From the NCBI RefSeq assembly GCF_053078305.1, contig NZ_CP166879.1: a stretch of 64,000 nucleotides of DNA; one strand, given 5' to 3'. Positions 1 through 9,280 of this stretch are shown piece after piece; position 1 is the first letter of the stretch, and each line of letters begins with the position of its first letter. The notes below the pieces were generated by a model that made no database searches, was not told the origin of the DNA, and saw only the letters and a list, made by a program, of their open reading frames with translations. A program made the position numbers and the translations under genes.

Positions 1-150
1 ACCCGTGGGGCCAATCAGTTTTACAGCGTCATGGAACGGCTGAAGATGCTCGATTCCCTGCAGGCAACACAGCTTCAGTCGGCCATTGTTAAAGCCATTT
101 ATGTCTATCATCTCCCCGTAGTTGTCCGCATCGTTCGCCAACTCCACTGA
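1..150 (+). CDS. B: phage portal protein (lambda gpB-like), upstream part; 5' partial at window edge and interrupted after codon at nt 96, then 18 foreign codons to a stop
   Basis: Frame 1 reads ...FYSVMERLKMLDSLQATQLQSAIVKA, continuous with MYAATIESELD at 11936; matches remembered lambda portal. Confidence 0.75.
   Translation, partial: TRGANQFYSVMERLKMLDSLQATQLQSAIVKAIYVYHLPVVVRIVRQLH
91..98. other. left junction core repeat AAAGCCAT (putative attL core; extended 12/13 match to nt 103)
   Basis: Identical 8-mer at 11930-11937 exactly where the portal reading frame is broken and resumed. Confidence 0.6.
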
Positions 151-227
151 AACCCTTGCTGCGGCTGGAATGTCGTTTTCCATACTTTTGATGACCGTTC
201 ATCACACTTCCAGGTTTTCGCGGTTTT

Positions 228-280
228 GTGTATTGCAATGTGTATTGCAAATTGGCGATCGGGATGGGTGTGTATTGCAA
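228..280 (+). repeat. three direct copies of GTGTATTGCAA upstream of int (putative arm-type recombinase binding sites)
   Basis: Copies at 228-238, 240-250, 270-280; two more copies at 11835-11857 near the right end. Confidence 0.55.
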
Positions 281-298
281 ATCTCTTGAGGGCTGTTA

Positions 299-1540
299 AT
301 GGCTATTGAAAACAAACTCAGTGACAAACTGTTAAAGAGTCTTGTCGGAAAACGGCAGGACAAACAAAAAACAATAGCGGATGGGCGCGGGTTGTCTGTG
401 CGTGTAAGCATGGTTGGGGGGATCAGCTTTGTTTTTTACTATCGTCTTGGTGGCAGGGAATCCCCTCCGGTATGGCTTACACTTGGGCGCTATCCTGATA
501 TGTCTCTTGCAACAGCCAGGCGCATGCGTGATCAGTGCCGTGAGTGGCTGGCTGAAAATCTGGACCCCCGCAGGCAAATAAAACTTGCCGCCGAAAAAAC
601 CATGCAACCAGTGACCGTAAGGGATGCGCTGTTTTACTGGTACGACAATCACGCCACAACAGCCAGAAAAGAGCATGAATATTTAATAAAACGATTTGAA
701 AAGCATATCTTCCCCTATATCGGTGATATGGCTATAGAACAGTGCAAATTACACACATGGCTTGCCGTCTTTGACAGGATCAAAAAAAATGCGCCTGTTA
801 TGTCTGGTGCAATTTTTCTTGATATCAAACAGGCGTTGCGTTTTTGTCGCGTCAGGCAATACATCGCGTGCGATCCCTTTGGCGATATTAACGTAAGTTA
901 TGTCGGGCGCTCATCCGGTATAAGGGATCGCGTTCTTAATATCAATGAAACAGCGGATGTATGGTCTTATGCTTACGGTAATAATTTGCTGACACTGTCA
1001 TCAATACATAACAGAAGAATAATGGTTATCTGCCTGGTGTTTGGTTGCCGTCAGCAGGAGGCGAGGTTATCCACATGGGACGAATGGGATTTAAAAAACT
1101 GGGTATGGACAGTCCCAAAAGAGCACAGCAAAAACAAGGAGGCCATAGTAAGGCCTGTTCCTGACGGCATAAAACAATGGCTCGTTAATCTTTACGCAGA
1201 AACAAAAAATCGCGGTTATGTTGTCGGTTGTGCTTTGCAAAGGGCGACAATAACAGGGGCTGCAAACAGAATATGCAGGCGTCTTGGTCATGATATTAAT
1301 GGCTTGTGGTGCATACATGATTTCAGGCGCACATTTTCCACTGCGCTTAATGATATGGGGGCGGATCCTTATATTGTCGAACTTCTTTTAGGTCATAAAG
1401 TGAAAGGGGTTGCCGGTGTTTACAATAAAAGCAGGCATATAAAGAAAAAACTTGAGGTGCTTAATATGTGGGTTAATTACCTTAATACGATAGCAGGATT
1501 TAACAACAACGTTATCGAGCTTAATAAAGAGGTGGTGTGA
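299..1540 (+). CDS. int: tyrosine-type site-specific integrase (P4-like family)
   Basis: 413 aa; N-terminal arm-binding-like region, C-terminal HDFRRT...LLGH...GVAGVY catalytic motifs; position at element end. Confidence 0.85.
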   Translation: MAIENKLSDKLLKSLVGKRQDKQKTIADGRGLSVRVSMVGGISFVFYYRLGGRESPPVWLTLGRYPDMSLATARRMRDQCREWLAENLDPRRQIKLAAEKTMQPVTVRDALFYWYDNHATTARKEHEYLIKRFEKHIFPYIGDMAIEQCKLHTWLAVFDRIKKNAPVMSGAIFLDIKQALRFCRVRQYIACDPFGDINVSYVGRSSGIRDRVLNINETADVWSYAYGNNLLTLSSIHNRRIMVICLVFGCRQQEARLSTWDEWDLKNWVWTVPKEHSKNKEAIVRPVPDGIKQWLVNLYAETKNRGYVVGCALQRATITGAANRICRRLGHDINGLWCIHDFRRTFSTALNDMGADPYIVELLLGHKVKGVAGVYNKSRHIKKKLEVLNMWVNYLNTIAGFNNNVIELNKEVV

Positions 1541-1541
1541 T

Positions 1542-1799
1542 ATGGCAATTTATTCTCTTGTTGATGAAAACGATTTGCGCACAATGAAGGACATTGATCG
1601 GTTCATTCGTGAAAAAGAGTGCATAGCACTTACCACGCTGGCAAACTCAACACGCTGGAAAATGGAGCAGGCAGGTAAATTCCCGCGACGTATCAAGATC
1701 GGTGAACGTGCGGCAGGGTATCGACTTTCAGAGGTTCAGGCATGGATCCGTGGTGAGTGGCATCCTGGATGGAAACCTGGAAAAACAAAACAGCAATAA
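1542..1799 (+). CDS. alpA: AlpA-family phage transcriptional regulator / excisionase-like HTH protein
   Basis: 85 aa, overlaps int stop, pattern typical of AlpA (CP4-57 regulatory protein) family. Confidence 0.7.
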   Translation: MAIYSLVDENDLRTMKDIDRFIREKECIALTTLANSTRWKMEQAGKFPRRIKIGERAAGYRLSEVQAWIRGEWHPGWKPGKTKQQ

Positions 1800-1853
1800 C
1801 CAGTAAATAACGCCCCTCATCAAGAGGGGTTTTTGTCTATAGGGTAAAACGCG

Positions 1854-2432
1854 ATGAATAAAAATATTGCCGTGACGGGCAAGGGGTACGCTCGTCCAGT
1901 GAAAAAATTCTGTGATATTCGTGATCTTGTCGTTCTGCGCTTTGATGGTGTGAGCGTTCGCGTGGTGTATGTGAACGGCGATCCGTGGTTTGTTGCCGTT
2001 GACGTGTGCGCTGCGCTGGAAATTGTTGATCACAAGGTTGCGTTACGCCGTCTCGATGATGATGAAAAGGGGGAGTGTTTAATACCCACCCCAGGTGGAA
2101 ATCAAACAATGCGAACGGTATGCGAGTCAGGGTTCTACAAACTAATCGCCAGAAGTCGGAAAGCTGTTACTCCTGGCACGTTCGCCCGTCGTTTCAGTAA
2201 CTGGGTATTCAGAAATGTGATACCAGGTATCAGAAAAACGGGGGCTTATGGTATCCCGTGGGGGGCATTACAGGATTTTTCCCGCCGTAAAGAGCAATAT
2301 CAAATAAGTGCCAGCGAGAAGGGGAGGGAGCTACAGGCATGTAAGCGCAAAAAACGTGAACTGGAGGAAGAAGAAAAAAGGCTGATACGTGAATATCAGC
2401 CTGAGTTTTACTTTGGTGAGCGTATTCAGTAA
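1854..2432 (+). CDS. Bro-N domain protein (phage antirepressor-like)
   Basis: 192 aa; N-terminal FDGVSVRVVYVNGDPWFVAVDVCAALEI resembles Bro-N/antirepressor domain. Confidence 0.55.
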   Translation: MNKNIAVTGKGYARPVKKFCDIRDLVVLRFDGVSVRVVYVNGDPWFVAVDVCAALEIVDHKVALRRLDDDEKGECLIPTPGGNQTMRTVCESGFYKLIARSRKAVTPGTFARRFSNWVFRNVIPGIRKTGAYGIPWGALQDFSRRKEQYQISASEKGRELQACKRKKRELEEEEKRLIREYQPEFYFGERIQ

Positions 2433-2770
2433 CCACACGCGGTGCTGATTATACGGTACATCGTGTTAACCGAGAAGCTACCCACCAGCAAGGCAAAATC
2501 TTCTGCTAAAAAATGACATATGGCCAGTCGTCCGGAAAGCATGAAATTTTACAAAAATGGAAAATGAAGATTTTTATTGTGCTGGTGGGTAAAAACAAAA
2601 AGCGCCCCGTTGCCGGAGCGCCCTTGTGAACAATTAACCTGCTGCGAAAAAATTGGATCAGTGCAGGGAAATTATATCAACTGTGTGAAGAAGCGCCACA
2701 ATTGCCAGTTTAGCTTTGCGGCGAACGCGTCAATAAAGAATATTCTTTCTTTAAATTCTGTTTGTGTATT

Positions 2771-2800
2771 TTTTCGTAGTTTTTCGTAGTTTTTCGTAAG
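2771..2800. repeat. tandem repeat TTTTTCGTAG x3
   Basis: Three perfect 10-bp units in the intergenic gap between convergent genes. Confidence 0.6.
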
Positions 2801-2895
2801 GAGAAAGAGCGGCGCGTATGCACCGCTAAGGAGTTTATTTTCATGACTTATGCAGCTTTCAATCTTAGCACCGCCGTAGCTGGTGGACAAGGCTA

Positions 2896-3123
2896 TCAGC
2901 CAGGCGGTCGGTTTTTAGTGGCTTTTAACCGCCGTGGGTATTTCTCGACAAAATCTTCAAGGGCAAATTTTTCTGGTGGCACTAAGCGCGGCGCTGGTGG
3001 TGGTATTTTTGTTCTGGTTAGTTCTTCCTCAAGTCTGGCGCAGGCTTCTAACTGCCTTTGCCGGATGATTTCATCATCTTGCGTTTGCGTGTCTTGTATT
3101 GGTGATAGTGTGTTGTTGGTCAT
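2896..3123 (-). CDS. hypothetical protein
   Basis: 75-aa ORF co-directional with RHH gene; preferred over overlapping low-complexity + strand ORF. Confidence 0.35.
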   Translation of the reverse strand: MTNNTLSPIQDTQTQDDEIIRQRQLEACARLEEELTRTKIPPPAPRLVPPEKFALEDFVEKYPRRLKATKNRPPG

Positions 3124-3180
3124 GATACTGCCCTGTAAAGCAATGCGCCGGAGTACCTCACGCCACGGCGCTGATAGTGA

Positions 3181-3486
3181 TTATTCTGATTCTTGGGTCT
3201 TGCGACGCTGGAGTTCTTCGCGTGCAACGGTGACAAGTTGCCCGATTTCTTCCGCTGCTTTGATGCCGATTTGTTCGACCTTAGCCAGAGCATCCAGTGA
3301 AGACACAAGGGGATTTTCTCCGCTGCCTTCTGCCTGGCGGCGGGCGATTTCACCGCGCATGGCGGTTACTATGAATCCGGCGTTGCTTTCACCGTCCAGT
3401 TTTACGGATTCCATGCCTTCAATAACATCATGCGGGATCCGAGCTGTCAGTGATTGTGATTTTGCGTTTTTTGAACCTGTAGCCAT
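3181..3486 (-). CDS. ribbon-helix-helix (CopG/Arc-like) DNA-binding protein, putative element repressor
   Basis: SLTARIPHDVIEGMESV beta-strand/helix pattern; ATG at 3486 with GAGAGGA RBS; divergent from rightward operon. Confidence 0.5.
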   Translation of the reverse strand: MATGSKNAKSQSLTARIPHDVIEGMESVKLDGESNAGFIVTAMRGEIARRQAEGSGENPLVSSLDALAKVEQIGIKAAEEIGQLVTVAREELQRRKTQESE

Positions 3487-3700
3487 CTGTAATCCTCTCA
3501 ATGAAAGTGTAAGACAATATACACATAAAAAGTCTTACATAAAAGCATTGACATGTAAGCCACCTATAAATAAAGTTACTTACACCTTGTTAATGCAAGG
3601 TGCAGAAACGACGAAACCCGGCAGTGCGCTAACACTAACCGGGCTTCTAACCACCAACGATAGAAAGCGTATCGAGGTAGCTATGAGAAATCATACCACA
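3487..3700. promoter_or_regulatory. divergent promoter/operator region with repeated TGTAAGACA / GTCTTACAT / ACATGTAAG motifs
   Basis: AT-rich intergenic region between leftward RHH gene and rightward operon, repeated half-sites. Confidence 0.45.
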
Positions 3701-4045
3701 CACCCGCAAGGGCGGGACTCGCACAACCTGAATAAATACATCTGGCGTTTTCTGGCCCGAAAAAACCAGTTGATCGCCAGTGTCGAAAATAGCTATGATT
3801 CCCGCGCACCTCATAAAACGGGTGCCGGGATTGGCGTCCTGGGCAAAACTGAAGCGCATAACACGCGCCCCGCGTGTTTTTTTGTGCCGCATAGTCACAC
3901 CTTATCAATGGTGGGCTGTACGGGGGCGGAGCAATCCGCGCCGGTTTCTTCAGTGTCCGGTTACGCCAACCCTGTACAGTCCGCCACCAGCGAAATTGGC
4001 GTTTCCGGTGGCGGTTATCTTAACCACACTGAGGAGGCTGCCAAC

Positions 4046-4237
4046 ATGGCTACTATCCCTACCCTTGTACATTCTCAAACCGCCTTTCTCTGGCGCTTTA
4101 TCATCTTTGGCGCGTCAGACCATCAAATCATCCACGTCACCGCCTGGACGGAACGCGAAGCGCGTAGCCGTTGCCCGTCCGGTTGTGTTGCTGTATTCGC
4201 CGCCCGTATTCGTCAGGAGGTGTGCCATGTGCAATAA
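4046..4237 (+). CDS. Icd-like small protein (P4 cell-division-inhibitor family), tentative
   Basis: 63 aa, GAGGAGG RBS at 4031-4037; resembles remembered Icd-like proteins of P4-type elements. Confidence 0.4.
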   Translation: MATIPTLVHSQTAFLWRFIIFGASDHQIIHVTAWTEREARSRCPSGCVAVFAARIRQEVCHVQ

Positions 4238-4484
4238 AACCACACCGGACGCAGCCGCCGCGCTCACTACACTGATGCACGCGCTGATTGATATTTCTGT
4301 TATTGCTGACAGGGCGCATAAGCACGCCACCAGTGAAACAGAATATGCCGGGGCTTTCGTTCCTCATTCGCTGGCGGTTATGCAACTTAGTGCTGATATG
4401 GCGCTGAATGAGGCCAAAGCTATCCTGATTTCTGATTGTGAAAATGGGGGGGGGTTATGCGTGATGATCGTTTTAATGCCCTGA
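4227..4484 (+). CDS. hypothetical protein
   Basis: ATG overlapping previous stop, CAGGAGG RBS; operon context. Confidence 0.45.
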   Translation: MCNKTTPDAAAALTTLMHALIDISVIADRAHKHATSETEYAGAFVPHSLAVMQLSADMALNEAKAILISDCENGGGLCVMIVLMP

Positions 4485-4678
4485 AACAGGAGTTTGATGG
4501 TGCGCCTGATGATGCAGGTGATGCGCTTTCGTCAATATCCGAACTGATAAGAGTGGCCTTTTTCTTACTTGGCACGAAAGAATATAAATCAACTGGAATA
4601 GACGTACTGAATATTACTGCTGATTATGCGGAATATATGGCAGAAGTGGATTTAAGAAAGATAACGGACAGGGGGTAA
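4457..4678 (+). CDS. hypothetical protein
   Basis: 73 aa, G-rich RBS upstream, overlaps previous gene end. Confidence 0.45.
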   Translation: MRDDRFNALKQEFDGAPDDAGDALSSISELIRVAFFLLGTKEYKSTGIDVLNITADYAEYMAEVDLRKITDRG

Positions 4679-4679
4679 T

Positions 4680-4913
4680 ATGCGTGATATTTACCACGAA
4701 ACAATAGACCGCGCATTTAGTGCCCTTGCTTACGCTGAAGGTATGTACGAAATATTGCAAATGTGTCTGGAAACATTTGGCGATAATGAGCGTGATGTAA
4801 AGAAGGCGCGGATTATTAAATCACTGATAACTCTCCTTGAACCTGTAATAACAGAGTTGCAGGAAATAGACTTATTGCACGACAGATATAACGAACAGCA
4901 CACCGGAGAATAA
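4680..4913 (+). CDS. hypothetical protein
   Basis: 77 aa, AGGGGG RBS, tightly packed operon. Confidence 0.45.
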   Translation: MRDIYHETIDRAFSALAYAEGMYEILQMCLETFGDNERDVKKARIIKSLITLLEPVITELQEIDLLHDRYNEQHTGE

Positions 4914-4918
4914 AAATA

Positions 4919-5218
4919 ATGAAACTTAAATATCCTGGCTTAACTGCCAGTGGCAACACTCACCCTAAATTTACGCGCGGTGATATTTACCGCGACCAGT
5001 ACGGCGGCACGGTAATGATTAAGGGCGTGGCGGGACGGTGCGTAACTTACCGCCGTGAAGGCTACGAATATGATTGCGTGATGCCTGTTTATCAGTTCCG
5101 GCGTGATTTTTCTCTGGTACAGACCGCGCCGCATAACGTGCCCACCAGCAACGCCAGGGCACGGGCAAACATCCAGAAGCTGAAAACCATGATTAACGGA
5201 TTCAGGGGTAAAAAATGA
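4919..5218 (+). CDS. hypothetical protein
   Basis: 99 aa, GGAG RBS, stop overlaps next start. Confidence 0.45.
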   Translation: MKLKYPGLTASGNTHPKFTRGDIYRDQYGGTVMIKGVAGRCVTYRREGYEYDCVMPVYQFRRDFSLVQTAPHNVPTSNARARANIQKLKTMINGFRGKK

Positions 5219-6624
5219 AACTGGCACCGAACGTAAAACGATTACCGAAAGATAAATACACCGAAGCGGTTATTTTTGCGGGTATTGATGCTCACTCATT
5301 CGCAGAGCATTACATCATTGCACAGGCCAAAAAAGCAGGCGATCCAGTCCCTCCCGTTTATCTGGGGCGTTATCAGTTAAGCGAACTGGATAACCTCCAG
5401 ATTGTTGATGATGGGCGATACAGGGCGACGGTGATACGCGCCGGAAATATTGAAGAGCCGCAGCTGTTAACCATCGCCACGAAACTGGCGAGCGCCGGAG
5501 TCCAGGAGGCGCGGCTACTTTCTGAAAATTTCGAATTGCTGGAGGAATGGAGCGACCAGCTTCCACGGCTTAGGGAGGCATGGGAACGCGGGGAAAGCCT
5601 GGTCATGAAAAAAATTCCCCAGCGAAAAACCACGCTACCGATGAGCGTTGGATCTACCGGATACGACACACAGCTTGATTACGTGGTAAAGGGGATTATT
5701 CCGGCATCGTCGCTTTGCAGCATATACGGGGCGAGCGGTTCCTATAAATCATTCCTTGCCGGATCGTGGGCGTGTCACGTTTCCACGGGCCGCCAGTGGG
5801 GAGGCCGCAGGGTGGCGCATGGCGCTGTTCTCTATGTGGTTGGTGAAGGCGGTATCGGCGTTCCGCGTCGTGTAAAAGCCTGGGAGGTTGTGCACGGTGA
5901 GCAGGTGAAAAATCTGTATCTGGTAAACCGTCCCATCTTTCCGGCTGTCCCGCTTGATGTTGATGAACTGGTTATTGCTGCCAGTCAGGTGGAGAGGGAA
6001 ACGGGTAAACCTGTTCGCATGATTATTCTGGACACGCTGGCGCGTTGCTTTGGCGGCAATGATGAAAATGACTCCCGCGACATGGGGGCATTTATCCGTG
6101 GTTGTGACGAGCTTAAACGGCGCACAGGGGCTACGGTGCTGGTGGTTCACCATTCCGGCAAGGATGAAACAAAGGGGGCGCGTGGTTCCAGTGCATTTCG
6201 TGCATCACTGGACGCTGAATACCGGATACGCAGGGAGGACGCAGGAAGCGAAGCGCTGGTTATCTCATGCACCAAAATGAAGGACGCGGAGGAACTCAAA
6301 GAGGCTGCCTATGATTTGCGGGTGGTGGAGCTTTTTACCGACGCTGACGGGGAGTTAATTACGTCGCTGGTGGTGGTGGATAAGCCGCGCCCTCCCGTTG
6401 AACTGGAGCGCATCGAGGAGGCAGGCAACAAGACGGAAAACCATACCGCGCTATGGGGGTGCATCCGTTCACGCACACAGAACGGCGACAAGTGCACGAT
6501 CCCGCTGTTACGTGACGATATGAAAAAGCTGGGGTATGACACAAAACACCTTAAACGATGGTTAGCCAAACTGGAAAAAGACGACGTGATCTACATTGAC
6601 GGTGATGATGTAGGACCACTGTAA
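5215..6624 (+). CDS. replication initiation protein, RecA-like ATPase (AAA_25/RepA-type) with C-terminal DNA-binding domain
   Basis: 469 aa; Walker A-like GASGSYKS, Walker B MIILD, LVVHHSGKD motif; iterons immediately downstream. Confidence 0.7.
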   Translation: MKLAPNVKRLPKDKYTEAVIFAGIDAHSFAEHYIIAQAKKAGDPVPPVYLGRYQLSELDNLQIVDDGRYRATVIRAGNIEEPQLLTIATKLASAGVQEARLLSENFELLEEWSDQLPRLREAWERGESLVMKKIPQRKTTLPMSVGSTGYDTQLDYVVKGIIPASSLCSIYGASGSYKSFLAGSWACHVSTGRQWGGRRVAHGAVLYVVGEGGIGVPRRVKAWEVVHGEQVKNLYLVNRPIFPAVPLDVDELVIAASQVERETGKPVRMIILDTLARCFGGNDENDSRDMGAFIRGCDELKRRTGATVLVVHHSGKDETKGARGSSAFRASLDAEYRIRREDAGSEALVISCTKMKDAEELKEAAYDLRVVELFTDADGELITSLVVVDKPRPPVELERIEEAGNKTENHTALWGCIRSRTQNGDKCTIPLLRDDMKKLGYDTKHLKRWLAKLEKDDVIYIDGDDVGPL

Positions 6625-6830
6625 AAAGTGGGCATTAAAAGTGGGAAAGGTGGGCGATTTAACGTAATTTTAACAAAATCACCCACTTTCCCACGTGTAT
6701 ATATCCCAAAAAGTGGGCACTAAAAAAATACCTATGAAACAAGATGATATAAATCCCAAACTTCCCACGTTGGACGAAGTGGGAAAACGTAAAAAGTGGG
6801 CGAAAAAAGTGGGTAGAGGTGGGCGAATGA
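6625..6830. repeat. iteron array, putative replication origin of the satellite
   Basis: About ten copies of AAGTGGG(C/A) / GGTGGGCGA in both orientations directly downstream of the rep gene. Confidence 0.7.
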
Positions 6831-7078
6831 CTCAAAAACACAGAGACAGAACAGAGCCAAAATATAAAGCGTTAGACATGACAGAGCACGCTTTAAAGGT
6901 GGCAATCAGGGTAATAGACCGCCACACGCGGGAAGGATACGCGAAGGAACATCCCGACCTGATAAGCGCATTCATGACCACAGCGGCGGCAAACTTTGCC
7001 ACGCTGACAGAACGGGAGATAGCCGAAGCGGAACAGGTAACAACCATCAACGTTAAAACCGGAGAGGTGGAATCATGA
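6827..7078 (+). CDS. hypothetical protein
   Basis: 83 aa from ATG at 6827 (upstream part of track ORF lies in the iterons). Confidence 0.45.
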   Translation: MTQKHRDRTEPKYKALDMTEHALKVAIRVIDRHTREGYAKEHPDLISAFMTTAAANFATLTEREIAEAEQVTTINVKTGEVES

Positions 7079-7485
7079 CAGCACAGATAGCCGCTTACGG
7101 GCGGCTGGTGGACGACCCGCAGGTAAAACAAACCAGCAAGGGCACACCGATGACGCTGGCGCGTATGGCGGTATCTCTGCCATGCAGCCAGGCACAGGAC
7201 GGGCAGGCTACGTTATGGCTATCAGTGATGGCATTTGGTAAGCAGGCCGACTTCCTGGCTAAACATCAAAAAGGCGATGTTGCCAGCGTATCCGGCACGA
7301 TGCAGGTAAGCCAGTGGACCAGACAGAACGGGGAAACGCGGCAGGGTTATCAGGTTATTGCAGACAGTGTAATCAGTGCCCGTGCTGCCCGTCCTGGCGG
7401 GAGCAGACGTACAACCACAGGCACACAGGGTAATCAGCCACCAGCGGGAGGCGATGACCCTTACGGTGACGGTATTCCGTTCTGA
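7075..7485 (+). CDS. ssb: single-stranded DNA-binding protein
   Basis: OB-fold pattern and acidic C-terminal tail DDPYGDGIPF typical of SSB. Confidence 0.75.
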   Translation: MTAQIAAYGRLVDDPQVKQTSKGTPMTLARMAVSLPCSQAQDGQATLWLSVMAFGKQADFLAKHQKGDVASVSGTMQVSQWTRQNGETRQGYQVIADSVISARAARPGGSRRTTTGTQGNQPPAGGDDPYGDGIPF

Positions 7486-7495
7486 GGGGGTGACG

Positions 7496-7768
7496 ATGGT
7501 ACATGACCGCATAGCGGAGGAACTCGAGGCAAAAGGCTTTTACCGGAGGGCGGCGGCGCGATGGGGTGAAGTTATGCAGCTGGTGGAGACAGACAAGGAA
7601 CGGCATCAGGTTACGATGCGACGGCTGGAATGTTCCAGGAAGGCACAGAGGCCACCGGAGCCGCCGGATAACTTCGGAGACCTGAAAAAAGCAGTAGATC
7701 GCACTTATGCCGAAATGGGTATGGATGGTGTAAGCGATGAAATATGGCGTAATTACCCAGACAGCTAA
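7496..7768 (+). CDS. PerC-family transcriptional regulator
   Basis: 90 aa; IAEELEAKGFYRRAAARW motif resembles PerC family. Confidence 0.5.
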   Translation: MVHDRIAEELEAKGFYRRAAARWGEVMQLVETDKERHQVTMRRLECSRKAQRPPEPPDNFGDLKKAVDRTYAEMGMDGVSDEIWRNYPDS

Positions 7769-7774
7769 TCAACA

Positions 7775-7796
7775 GCCGGAGAAATCCGGCTTTTTT
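7775..7796 (+). terminator. rho-independent terminator (GCCGGAGAAATCCGGC + T-run)
   Basis: Perfect hairpin then TTTTTT; identical hairpin recurs at 10049-10071. Confidence 0.65.
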
Positions 7797-8007
7797 GTAC
7801 CCAAAAAAAGCCCGATAAGTACAGGAGGCATCTTATCGGGCTTTTGCATATGAGGTTTTTTTGGTGCACTGACACACATGATCGGGGTAATCATTTCATA
7901 ATTTGCAACACAACTCAACATCATTGCACAAAATGCAATCCTGATTATAATCAGAGCTGGATGAACATCCAGTTCTGATTTTTTAAGTCAAAGAGGAATT
8001 TCTTACT

Positions 8008-8214
8008 ATGGCTGAAGAGAAAAAAGGCGGTGTTTCGGTGTACATAAGCCCCGAAATCGTGGAGGTGCTCAAGCAGCGCCACAAAAAAAACTATGAGGCT
8101 GGCGTAGCGGCTGGACTGGATCCGCTGATGACGCCGGAGCCGTCGATAGGTTCACTTGTGCGCTCTTATTTACTTGCGGCGCTTGGGATGCATAAAAATT
8201 ATGGTGGTGAATAA
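8008..8214 (+). CDS. hypothetical protein
   Basis: 68 aa, AAGAGG RBS, first gene of capsid operon. Confidence 0.45.
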   Translation: MAEEKKGGVSVYISPEIVEVLKQRHKKNYEAGVAAGLDPLMTPEPSIGSLVRSYLLAALGMHKNYGGE

Positions 8215-9269
8215 TGACAGTAAAAGCAATGGCACTTACAACTAACCAGCTTTTCGCGTACCTGAATCGCGGGGATATTGCAGAATTTAAATTCAGTCCG
8301 CTGTTTACCACGCTGTTTTTCCCGAACGTGGCGACCTTCAACACCCAGAACATCATGCTGGACACCCTGGACATTGAAGAGGTTACGATGTCAGCGTTCT
8401 GTTCGCCTATGGTGGGTAGTCAGGTCCAGCGCGATAAAGGGTACGAAACCAGCACGATTAAACCAGGCTACATGAAACCCAAACACGAAATCGATCCAAC
8501 AAAAACCATCATGCGCATGGCTGGAGAAGATCCGGCACAGCTTAACGACCCTACCTACCGCCGTATGCGCCTGATTACTGGCAACATGCGCCGCCAGATA
8601 AACGCCATTAAAGCGCGCGTGGAATGGCTGGCGGTGAATGCGATAACGACCGGAAAAAACATCATTGAGGGCGAAGGCATAGAACGCTATGAAATCGACT
8701 GGAAAATACCGGAAAACTGCATCATAGAGCAGGCCAAGGGTAAAAAATGGTCCGAGCATGATAAAGATATTTACGATCCAATCTATGACATCGAACTATA
8801 CGCAGATCAGGCAGGTTGCCCCGCCAACGTCATGATTATGGGCGCTGAGGTATGGCGCACGTTACGCAGCTTTAAAAAATTCCGCGAACTGTACGATCTT
8901 TCCCGTGGTTCAGAATCCGCCGCAGAACTGGCCTGTAAAAACCTGGGTGAAGTAGTGAGCTTTAAAGGCTATCTGGGCGATATTGCCCTTATCGTCTATT
9001 CCGGCAAATACACTGACAGCGACGGTACCGAAAAATATTTCCTTGAGCCTGATTTGCTGGTCCTGGGTAACACCAACAATAAAGGGCTGGTGGCCTATGG
9101 TGCGATTATGGATCAGGAAGCGGTAAGAACGGGCGCAACGCAAAACATGTTCTACCCGAAAAACTGGATTGAAGACGGCGATCCGGCGATTGAGTACGTT
9201 CAGACGCACAGCGCACCGCAGCCGGTACCGGCAGATATTCGCAAATTTGTTACCGTCAAAATTGCTTAA
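8214..9269 (+). CDS. major capsid protein, lambda gpE-like paralog encoded by the satellite
   Basis: 351 aa; clear similarity to helper E at 14646-15674 (PGYVKPKHE, EDPAQLNDP, VVSFKGY, VLGNT motifs). Confidence 0.85.
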   Translation: MTVKAMALTTNQLFAYLNRGDIAEFKFSPLFTTLFFPNVATFNTQNIMLDTLDIEEVTMSAFCSPMVGSQVQRDKGYETSTIKPGYMKPKHEIDPTKTIMRMAGEDPAQLNDPTYRRMRLITGNMRRQINAIKARVEWLAVNAITTGKNIIEGEGIERYEIDWKIPENCIIEQAKGKKWSEHDKDIYDPIYDIELYADQAGCPANVMIMGAEVWRTLRSFKKFRELYDLSRGSESAAELACKNLGEVVSFKGYLGDIALIVYSGKYTDSDGTEKYFLEPDLLVLGNTNNKGLVAYGAIMDQEAVRTGATQNMFYPKNWIEDGDPAIEYVQTHSAPQPVPADIRKFVTVKIA

Positions 9270-9280
9270 CGGGGGATTCT

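Noticed and set aside
2843-4237. 464-aa + strand ORF spanning the RHH regulator region
   Set aside because: Low-complexity, Ser/Arg/Ala-rich translation; antisense to two better-supported minus-strand genes and crosses the divergent promoter. Only its last 63 codons (4046-4237) are kept as a tentative Icd-like gene.
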